A stretch of DNA of 64,000 nucleotides from Chrysomallon squamiferum (taxonomy: Eukaryota > Animalia > Mollusca). How positions within the stretch are numbered: position 1 is the stretch's first letter; each line of letters begins with the position of its first letter. The notes beneath the pieces were generated by a model, which was given only the letters and a program-made list of their open reading frames with translations, was not told where the DNA came from and made no database searches. Positions 53,026-64,000 of this stretch are shown here, piece by piece. A program made the translations under genes and the position numbers. The stretch spans positions 12,152,001 through 12,216,000 of the forward strand of contig CM022672.1 in assembly GCA_012295275.1 (NCBI GenBank), written 5' to 3'.

Positions 53026-56000
53026 ATGGATCAGACATGTTTACACTGTGGAGGTCGAACTGCTAATGTCAGATTCAGATCACAGTTAAAAAGGAAAAAA
53101 GATCGTTTGTAAACAAAGCTGTTAAAAATGGTATTTCAATTGAATATTTCATGAATTTATCCTGCACAATTTCATTTCTCAAGTTTATAATTAATTACTA
53201 TATAATATATTGTGGTGATAATAATATTATAAACAATCTTTAATTCTGACACGATACAGAGAGAGCAGGGGAGGAAGTAACAGTTATTTTAGTTATTTTT
53301 AGTTTTGTAATAAAAACCATATAAATAATGTATTTTAACTAAATGTGTGGTTATTTATTTATTTATTTTTAAATAGCTTTCCTTATTTCATTCAGAAATG
53401 TTCAAAAACATTTAAAAAGTTAATTTTTAATTTTTTTATTTTATTTCCTTCTTCAGAGATTGGAACTGGAAATCAAAAGTGGTTTGATGAACTGACCAAA
53501 CAAACTGTACAAAGATGTTCTACATCACAGTTCACTGTAACAGATTTCTGCAAGTCTTTGGCTTCCACACAACATTCATCCGAAAGATTTCACGGTTCAT
53601 TATTACTTCTTTTTTTTAAAGAATTGTTTTCATCAATACTTACTTTAAAATATTTTCAATATTCTTGAAAACTTCTTCCACATAGGACTAATTTACCAAA
53701 CACCATCATTTGTGCATATCTGTCTGTGATAAGGCATATATGTAAATCATCTGTTGGTGCTAAATCATACAAATGAAAAGACTTAGTGAGAGAAGCCTTT
53801 AGAATTTCATCACTGGTCACATGTTGCACATCTAATAATCTTTTGTAGGAAAATGTATTTAGAACCTTTTGTAATTGCTCTAGCACTCACAGTTTTGATT
53901 TCCACTTCAGTTGCTACTCTAACAAAAATTTTGAAAGTTAAATACAGCACTTTTTTGTTTCATAATTTTAACAATTTTTCACTTTTGAAGACAATACATG
54001 AGTTTTACAGCTAGTTAATTGTGTAATAGAAATGGGTGAATCCTAAAATGCTGTTGTTCATTTCTGAAATTTAACCCTGATTGCTGATGAATATGAATAT
54101 TTTCCCTTGATTTGGTATTTAAAAGATATCTTTTGACAGCTGTGACACCTGGTGGTGGAAATCTGACTCCACTCAGCACCTGGGCATTGCTTGCAACACA
54201 GGACACCAGCACATCAAGAATTTCCAGACCTCTTCCAGGTGTCAGGTAGTATTAAAAATACACAGTTATCTTTATTACACTACTTCTCTTTATAACATTT
54301 ATAAAGTATTTAGATCATTCATGAATTTACTGCTGACTGGCATATTATACCATTCTATTTTAAATTAATTTTTTCAGCCTGTATACCTATATATAGGTAG
54401 GTATACAGGCTAAAAAAATAAACATATATGTTTATTTTATTTATTATTATTATTATTTTTTTTTGATATCATTTCTGATTTGTAGTATATTCAAATTTTC
54501 TTTAAACAAGTCAAATTTATAATATTTGTTTGCCCTATATTTTTTTTTATTATTTTTTTTTTTTTTATATCTTTTTTGAGAGGAAAACATTTGTTTAACT
54601 CAGACTATTGATGCTGTAAATACTTTTAAAATAATTTTAAACAAAAGGAAATTTATGTTCTAATTTATTAATTATTTTTATCATTTTTAATATTTTTAAG
54701 TCCAAAATTTATGTCGACACCAAAGCCAGAAACCAAGGAGAATCCTATCATAAATATCAGTAAAGACTTTGGATTGGACGATTCTTATATGTCATGGACA
54801 AGTTCCATGGAAACACCCAGTCTGAAGAAAGACAGCACTGATGTTTTAAAAGGTAATTTCTGTATTCAACATTTTTGGGAACTTCTAAATAATAAAATAT
54901 ATTATTTTGTTCCAGTATATTGTAATATCTGATTTTTGGTTGTAATATAGTCTATGTTGATACATATCTGTTATATGTAAATTTTAATAATTTTGAGATA
55001 TAAATATTTTTTTTACTAAAGTTCTTCCAAAATTTGAACTTTTTTCTATAAAGAAGTGTTTGTTTTAATTATCAAATGCATTTGAAATGGCTAAAAATGT
55101 TTATTCTGCAGTTTGTATATGAATATGTTAAACACATATGCACATGCATACACACACACCCTTTTCATTATTATATATGCTATTTTAATATTAACAGAAG
55201 AACAACAAGAAGACAAGTCTGAAAGTTTGGTAAGAATAAAGGTAAATAATATCAGTTAAATTTTATATTGTACATAAATGTGTGACAAATCAATGTTTTA
55301 CTGCAAAATTAAAAGGTTTTAAATTGTTGATGATACCAGATTAAAAAAAAAGAAACTGAATTAACAAAATAAATATTTTATCATCACTCAATGTATGTAT
55401 AAAGGCATAAAATATAACAAAAACCATTAATTTAGTGATAATAATTCAAACAAGATTCAGTTAACTATATAAATTACATAGGTGCATAGTAAAATATTTG
55501 TAAGTATGGGGGTATGGTGATCCTTATGGCAGTGAAATTCTTGATCAGAATTTTCTGTAAGACAGCTAAGAGAGTTATTTTGTTTTGTTTTTTTGGCACC
55601 TGAAATGAGTTGTAACTTGCATTCTGTGTAATTCTGCTAACATACCTTTATTTTTGTCTAGCTGGAAGTTTGTAAGGAAAACAATATCATGATTTTTTAT
55701 TTGTAGTCTTTAAAAACAAATTTTCTACTACATTTATATTAATCTTTTATAGGGTTTACCCAGAGCGTTGTTCACCCCTGATCAATCTGGGATGGATTGT
55801 GAAGATTTTGGTCACATTCTTGAATTTACAGGAGACAGTGATACATTGATAAACTGTCCACCATTAGGTTCTTCACCACCCGTTGAACCACATTTTTCAT
55901 CACCTATTCTTAAAAGAAAAGTGAACAAAAGATTGTCATTTGGAATCAAATGTGATTTTGAACATTCCTCAGTTATTCCAAACAATAAAGAAAGAAATGG

Positions 56001-59000
56001 TTCTGAAAATATTAAGTCTTTTATTTCTGGTGAGAGTGAATCTGTTACTAAAGTAAAATGTGATAAGGGAGATAATTATTCTCAGAGTGAAGGCATGCCA
56101 AGTCGAAGTACTTCTACTTCAATCATTGGGTCAGTTTTGTCAGCTTTCTTTGACAGTCCAGCATCAGAAAAACGGAGAGAAGCACCGAAAGGAGTGAAGA
56201 GAAAAGCAGTCGAAATGGAGTCCCTGGAAGATGAACTCAGAATATTGTACAGTTCAGGATCATTGTCAGCAGCAAGTCAGAATGGACTACAGTCGATTCT
56301 TTCTTCAGTTACTGAAACACAAAGCCAAAGAGAAAATGGGTCAGATTTGCAGACGATGTGAAGAAAACTGATCAGAATGACCATTCACTGAGGAAGCGGA
56401 AGTCGAGTAAAACTGTCAGTTATAAAGAAGAGACTGGTAAAGAAAATCAGAATCAGAATCAGATGATTGACATCGACCCACAAGATGAGATAACATTGTC
56501 TTTGAAGGATATTAACTTGAATAGCAATAATTCCTGTAATATTTTAGAAGGAGGAGAAAGTAATTATTTGGAAGATACATCAAAAATGCTGCTGACTGAT
56601 GTGAGTGGCATAATGTCTGTGACCATAAAGACTTTAAAAAATGATGTAACTGAACAAAAATCTTTTGAGAATCGGCAAGAAATTGAAGATCAACAGCAGA
56701 CAGAGAACTGGTTGAAGAATCGAGTCAAACACAGGATGAGAATAAGACAAATACAAACATTCACAATAGTGATGAACCAAAAATTGAAAGTTTTGAGCTT
56801 TTACCATCAGATACAGCAGTAAAAAAAAATCTTGGAACAAGAAGAGAACCAGCTGACGCCTGATAATGCAACTACAGATGCTGTGAATGATGACTTATTT
56901 TCACAAGTGTCACCAACAGTCTGGTATGAAATGTGTCAGGTTTCAGGTAAAGAAACTTCAGATATGCCAAATAAAGTACTATCAGACCATGAAACTCTTC
57001 ATCAGACTGACAAATCTGAGCCAGCTGAGCCTTCTGAGAATATGTTTGAAACAAGAGCATTAGAAAACAAGAACTTTGTAAGTACTACACTTGAAACAAA
57101 TCCAAAATCTGTGGAATCAGAAAATGACAAGAATGTAGAAAATAAAAACAGAGGACTATGTGTGTCAAGGCCTCATAAATTTCTCTATCCATCGAAAGCA
57201 GTCAGATTAGTCATGTTTGTCCTCAGCATGTATTTAAGTTTAATAACCACAATACAGAAATATTATTTGATGATGTTGATGATGGAGTCTCTTTCAAGCA
57301 TTTTGGTGGTAAAAATTCTGGAAATGTTGATAGCAAAGGTAAAAATGTAATGATATTAATGATAATGCACAACAAAAAGAACAAAACGAAAGTGTTGAAG
57401 AAAAAAAGTTTGAAATCTGCAATGAAACAAATGAGAGTGTAGAAAGTTTAGGAATTCAGAATAAAGATGCTGATGGATTGTTGCCTTCATTTTCCACAAC
57501 TGGTGGTAAAATAATAAAATGTCATCAAGATGCTTTAAATAAAGCTGAATCTTTATTAAAAATTGACAATCCTGAAGCATTAAAACTTGCAGATCCCAAA
57601 CAAATTTCTTCACATGCTGAACAGACTGAAATGGAAAGTAAACGAAACAAACTGGAATCTTTAAACTGTAAATTTTCAGATGAAAATTCTTTTGTTGTTG
57701 TCAGCAGGCAACAGAGGAAGCTTAAAATGCAACTCAGATGCTGTAGAGAAAGAACTAAGTTTCTTAAATGATGAAGAAAAACAGTAAAATGGCACCATCT
57801 TTTTCCACAGCAAATGGTAAGATTATAAAGTGTGATCAGACTGCTATACTAAAAGCTCAGTCATTGTTGGAGTGCTAACAAGATGAATCAAAATTTCCTG
57901 AATTGTCCAAAGAATGTGGTCCTTCATTTTCAAATGTGGAATCTTTAAAGAGCATCCATCAAAAGCAAAATCTTGGCTTTTCAACAGCAAGTGGTAAATT
58001 TGTGAACTGCAATGAAAATGCTTTAAAGAAAGCTGAAACATTGTTTGCACAGATTGATGATAGTGATTCTCTTCCATCCTTTTCACTGGCAGCCAAAATA
58101 AATAGTGAAGAAAATATAAACTCTTGTAAAAAGATTTTGCCTTTGCAGTATGAAAATTCTAATAATACAGTAGAGGTAAGTGATCATCTTTCACTGAACA
58201 TGTCAGAAAAAGATGTAAAGAAATGTTTGGAACACTCAGACAAAGAGACAGCTAACTATTGTGACTTAGAACTTGAAAACTGTGAAGATGACAAATTTGA
58301 AGAAATATTTCAGAATATTCTTGAAAATAAGAAGAAAGCTTCCATACCAAAAATAAACAATGCTGATAAGAATTTTGGTTTCCAAGAATGCTCAGGAATC
58401 AAAATTAATAAATCTGATTCTATCAAGATGATTAATCCAGTACTGAAACCAAAAGGATTCCAGCCATTCAAGAAACCAAAGCAAATTGCATTGAAACAAC
58501 CAGAAATGAATACAAACACAAAAACTGCACAACCACCAATCACTGAAAAACAAATTAAAAATGACATAGAGTGTGGTCAAAGTCTTCAACAGAATCAGCT
58601 GGAAGTTACAGAAGATCAAAATAAAGACAACACAAAGAAGGATCAAAATGACATAGAAATGAATGAAATGATGTTAAAAGAATTTTCTCATGATATATTT
58701 TCACAATGTATAAGTCAGAATTTTATGCCTAAAACGAATAATCCAACAACAAATAGAGTCTTGTCATTATCTCATTATGAAAAGAATGAAAACAAAGAAT
58801 CGACCATATCTCATTTAGATAAAAATGAAATTTCATCTAAATCTAACATGATGACTGACGATTCTGAAAAATATGAAGACTTAATATGTTCAGATCATGA
58901 AATCTCAGAATATGATCTTAATGACAAATCATACATGAAGAACAGTGATGAAATTAAAGTCACTGTTCAACAAGAAACTAACACTGATAAATCTATACAG

Positions 59001-62000
59001 AATTTGTCAGAAGAAGAAAATGAATTTGACATGGCTTCTGACGAAAGAATTCAGTTTTCAGAGCAGTTTTTGTTAAAAGTAAAAGAAAATCTTGTTGATG
59101 AAGTAACTGAACATGATTTTGAAATGTCACAGATGGAAATTTCTGATCTAGAAATGTCTTTTCTGTCTCAGAACAACAGTTGTGACAATAGAAATGACAA
59201 TCCCAACTCTGATGTTGAGTGTTCAGACCATGATTTTGATAATATTTCAAAACAACAGTCCAACTCAGATTACAAGATCGCTTTACATCCGCTTCTCACA
59301 GGTGATACCTTATTTGAGGATATAAATGGTAATCAAAATGAAGTAAAACTAGCTTCTAGTAATGAATGTAAAGTGGAAGAAATGGATTCAAAGAGACAGA
59401 CTGTGCCTGATGTCAGTATTGATACTTGTGATGCCAAACAAATAGAGAAGACATTTACTGTAAAAGAGGGTTTAGAACATGATAAATTAACAGAGAATGA
59501 GGATTCTGTTATTAATTATACCAGTCCAAGTAAAGGTAATTGTGTTTTTCAGACTGATTCAGAAGTATCTATAGATGTATTAAATGAAAATCTAGAATCT
59601 GTTTCTTGTGCAAATTCTTTATTTAAAGAGAAAGTTCTCTTCCAAACTGCTTCAGGCAAAGATGTAACAGTATGTGAAGAATCAGTCAGACATGCCAGAT
59701 CTCTTTGGAATGATGAGTCTGCTGTTCAAACTGTTTGTAAACCCAGTTCATCAACAGCAGTTGATAAAAATGTGACTGTATCCAAATCATCAATTAATCA
59801 GGCAATATCAGATAGAACTGGTCCTACTACAGATGAGGTACATGATTTCAAAACAAGTCATTTCCAAACAGCATCTGGTAAAAATGTAGCAATATCTGAT
59901 TCTTCAGTTAGACATGCTCAATCTCTTTGGGAAGATGAATCTCAATTCCCTTTGGAGAAAAGGTCGGTACAAAATCTATTCCAAACAGCATCAGGCAAAA
60001 ATATGACACTATCTGAAACTTCACTTGAACATGCTGAGTGTCTTTGGAAAGATGAATCTAGAATATCTCAAGTCGTTACCTCTAGTAAAAATACAAATTT
60101 ATTCCAAACGGCATCAGGCAAAGATGTGACAATATCTGAAACTTCGCTTAAACATGCTAAGTCTCTTTGGAAAGATGAATCTAGAATGCCTCAAGAAACT
60201 ATGTCATGTAAAAAGACAAATTTATTCCAAACAGCATCAGGCAAAGATGTGACAATATCTCAAGCTTCACTTAAACATGCTAAGTCTCTTTGGAAAGATG
60301 AATCTAGAATGCCTCAAGAAACTATGTCATGTAAAAAGACAAATTTATTCCAAACAGCATCAGGCAAAGATGTGACAATATCTCAAGCTTCACTTAAACA
60401 TGCTAAGTCTCTTTGGAAAGATGAATCTAGAATGCCTCAAGAAACTATGTCATGTAAAAAGACAAATTTATTCCAAACAGCATCAGGCAAAGATGTAATA
60501 GTATCTGAAGATTCACTGAAACATGCTAAATCTTTGTGGAAAGATGAATCTATTGAATCAGCAACTAAAGCATCAGTGACCTTGTCTGGTGTTTTCCAAA
60601 CAGCATCTGGAAAAAAGGTTAATATTGCAGAAACATCACTAGATAAGGCAAAGTCTTTGTGGAAAGATGAAGCTAGTTCTTATGTAAATAAAACCACATC
60701 TGAAACGTTGGTGAATTCTGCTGGATCTTTGTGGAATGATGAATTTTTGCAAGAAGAGCCAGAATCTGTACTCAAGGAAACAAAGTGTTTTGAGGCTGGA
60801 GATGGTGTTTCTGAATCAGACATTGACAAACATAAAGGATTCACAATGTTTCAAACAGCATTAGGTAAAACTGTCAGTGTGTCAGAAAGTTCAGTGAACA
60901 AAGTAAAAGATCTGTGGAAAGATGAAGGTGGTAATGATAATATTAAGTATTCTTCTGTTTCAAATCTGTTTAAAACAGCTTCTGGAAAGTTAGTCAAGGT
61001 TTCACAAACATCACTAGAAAATACCAAGACGGTTTTGAATGATCAAAACGATGGATATCCAATATCATCAGTGAACAGTGATGAAAATGTTGATAAGCAG
61101 AGACAAAAGAAAACTTACAGTAGTTCTGTGTGTGCTAAGAAAATTGAAATAAACAACCCGTTTCAAACAGCTTCAGGGAGCAAAGTGATGATATCAGAAT
61201 CTGCTTTACAGAATACAAAGAAAATGTTTAATGATATTGACAGCAATCCTCTGGAAACCAATAGTCTGTTACAGATAACATCAGAGAATGTTGAAGAATT
61301 TCATAAGCAACCATTCAGCAATTTACAGACATCTTTATTATCAAAAGACAAAGGAAAATCAACTACACACAGTGTCAATAACAGTTTGGAAAATAATGCT
61401 TGTAGAGTATCATTTAATGAAAATTTTGAAAAGACAGAAAAATATCCAGAGTGTGGAATCACAATGAATCAACGCAAGTCCCCTGTGTTTAATAGTGCGT
61501 CACATAATGGCAAGACCACGAAGAATGAATCATTTACACATTCACTTCAAGGTTGGTACTAAAATATTTCTTTTGATAAAGATGACTGATGTTTTCACTT
61601 TAGAAATAGATTTTTTCCATACAGTTTTTATTCAAGACATTCTCCTTTTAAGGCTTTTTATATATATTTATTATCAATAATTTATTTAACACAGTCTTAT
61701 GTGGCTGTCTGCATATATATGTATGAATTGATACATAATGTATGCTTGTACATGAAAGAAGAGGTATGGATATATAGTATATTTATATATGTGTGAGTGT
61801 GTGTGTTTGTTTGTGTATGTGTTGTGTATCTTTTTTTTTTTAATGTTATGTAATGATATTTGATAAAGCACTTGTTTTATTTTATTTCAGATAAAGAAAG
61901 AGTAATAAAAAGAAAAGTACTGCATCTGTTCCCGAAGGTAATAACAACATCATAATAATTAGTAAATAATTACTGTTTGTGTGGTACACAAAACAGTTAT

Positions 62001-63665
62001 ATCTCAGTTACATTAATATTAAATTAGTGTTACACATGGCATTTATAATTATAATAACCATATTTATGACTGTTAACATAAATCATAATTTGACAGTCAT
62101 TTAAGTTAAAATGCTCAGACCATTTCAAGCTCTAAATGAATGTAATATATATATATATACAGTGTTTTTGATATTTTAAATGATATGTTAAAGTGGTTAA
62201 TTTTGTTTCAGTGTTTCATACAGACAGATGGAGTATGAGTGGTAAACACACTGAAGCTCTGTACAGTGACACTTTGTCCGAAAGGTACTCCTTTATCCAA
62301 GTTTATTGTAAAACTGATAAAAGGCCTTCTATGTCACTGTTATTTTTTTTTTAAGAAGAAGTTGTCTTTTCTTTGATATAAATGCTGACTTTATTGCAAC
62401 AGAAATTTTAATTTCTGTTATGTAATTTTAAAAAACTCCTTTGTTTGAAAAAGAATGGATAGCTGTGTTTATAATAAATATTTTTATCTGGACTCTAATA
62501 ATTACACTGAATAAATGTAAAATGTTAATAATTTTAAAATAAAAAACCTAATCCACAGTCTTTTTACACTGACTTTTATTTCTTTTTAAAGGAAGAATGA
62601 ATACAAACTCGAAAACCTGGTGGGTAAACCAGAATCGGGCCTCCATCTGATTTTAAGACACCTTACAAGAGATCACCATTTGTACCATCAGCTCAGAATA
62701 CCAGTAAACCAGAAGTGAAGAAGTCCAAAGCTCCTATATTTTATCCTAAATCTGCCATAAAATGCATTCAGACAAGTAATAAACAGAAAATTTCAACATT
62801 TGAAACTCCTTCAGGTCAAGCAGTAGATGGTGGGACAGAATGTTTTGCAGATGCCAGGCAGAAACAAGAGGAGATTATCAAAGCTAAAAAGAAACAGAAA
62901 ATTCGTCCAGTTTGTGGAAGGTTGTCTGCATTGAAGTCAAACCATTCTAGATACAAGTATTCAGATCTGTCACTGCAAACTGATCTTTCTGTGTCACAGG
63001 TAGAATTTATGTTTAGAACTTTAAATTTGTCCTGCTTATTTTTTTATTACTGCACATAAAATATTAGCTTAAATATATGTACACATTTATAAGACAGCAG
63101 CAATAGATTAAAATAAATTTTTAAAAATGTAAATATATGTATTGTTTCTAGAAGAATTTATAAGTCCAGTTATTACAGAAATCTTGTTAGTTGTATTGCT
63201 AACTGTGTTCATTTTTCTTTAGACTTTTATTTTCTAAAGAAATGCCAGTTCACCACAATTATTTGAGTAACAAAATTGTTTAAGTTCACACTGAGTTACA
63301 TTATTATTATTTATTTTTCTTCTTTTATATGCAGAAGTGATAATTTTTGTTATTTTCACATTGAACATATTAAATTACTGGTTAAATAATCTGAAACTGA
63401 TCTTCTGTTATTTTCAAAATGTTCTTATGTATTTTAGATCTATAACCATTACCACAGAGAAATGATATAATTTCTATTCTTCTTTCCAGTTAACAAATTT
63501 TGGCATACATACTTCCACATTTAACATATCCAGCACAAATGCTCAGGATTATAGATTTGACATGAAACACTTCTATCCCAGCCTTCAATCACATGTCCTT
63601 GTTGGAGATGGTGCCTTTCTTGTTGCTGATGATAAAGGTTTTTCTGGACATGAAGAATTCTACAG
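53026..63665 (+). CDS. BRCA2: BRCA2 copy 2, first 10 coding exons (continues beyond the window)
   Basis: ATG 53026; PALB2-motif exon 53457-53594; giant exon 55753-61551 (clean 1219-codon ORF 57903-61562, frameshifts at ~56310-57790, TAA at 57876); helical-domain exon 63490-63665. Confidence 0.93.
59973..60672 (+). repeat. Coding 123-bp tandem array of BRC repeats, copy 2 (one extra unit)
   Basis: FQTASGK Phe codons at 59979, 60102, 60225, 60348, 60471 and 60594, exactly 123 bp apart. Confidence 0.96.
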
Positions 63666-64000
63666 GTCAGTCAAAAATTGTTTAAAAAAAACTTCGGAAA
63701 CAAAAAATTAAAAACCTAAAGAAATTCCAGAATTTTTTTTAAAGTGCTAGCATAATAATTATTCTGTTCAACCCTGATAACAAAAGTATATTGTTATTTA
63801 TCTTAAATGTGTGCATGTATGTATAAGTATATCTATGTTTATGATAATATATTCAGGTCGTTTTTTCATAACATATTTTGTTTGAGTAATATTTAGGTAA
63901 AATTTTAAATTTCTCTTTGAAATATAATAACTGATGTAAAATAATAAATGATATAATGAATTTAATATAAATTTGTGCAATATCTTAAATTTGGTGGTTC

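Larger units (their letters stand above)
48630..64000 (+). repeat. Second near-identical copy of ~27265-42569 (probable alternate haplotype / false duplication)
   Basis: Colinear across exons and introns with an offset of ~21.3-21.4 kb; begins exactly at the gap; differs by scattered SNPs and small indels. Confidence 0.97.

Noticed and set aside
31723-63665. Calling either BRCA2 copy a pseudogene, or calling two paralogues
   Set aside because: Lesions are mostly homopolymer indels, differ between the copies and are complementary, and the duplicate begins at a gap; an assembly explanation is simpler.
1-64000. tRNA, rRNA, snRNA/snoRNA or autonomous transposon genes
   Set aside because: None recognised by eye; small intronic ncRNAs cannot be excluded without an Infernal/tRNAscan-SE search.

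Overview
AT-rich, intron-rich animal DNA; the microsatellite load and mosaic CpG pattern suggest an invertebrate, possibly a mollusc (inference only). Hand-splicing on GT/AG boundaries gives three genes. (1) The first coding exon of an ABCA-family transporter, ABCA2-like (minus, 268-333), missed by the ORF track; the gene runs off the left edge. (2) A complete 27-exon cytosolic valyl-tRNA synthetase (minus, 15615-30828, 1065 aa). (3) BRCA2 (plus, from 31723), head-to-head with it across an 894-bp shared promoter, with a PALB2-binding motif, a ~5.7-kb giant exon and a helical/OB1/OB2 DNA-binding domain, cut by a 200-N gap. After the gap, 48630-64000 is a near-identical second copy of ~27265-42569, most likely the other haplotype retained as a false duplication. 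The most notable biology is the BRC array: 13 clear BRC repeats in copy 1 and 14 in copy 2 (human has 8). They include a young, strictly 123-bp-periodic block that differs by exactly one unit between the two copies and carries LWxDE in place of the canonical LFDE module. No RNA genes, CRISPR arrays or autonomous transposons were recognised. All coordinates were counted by eye, with no database searches.
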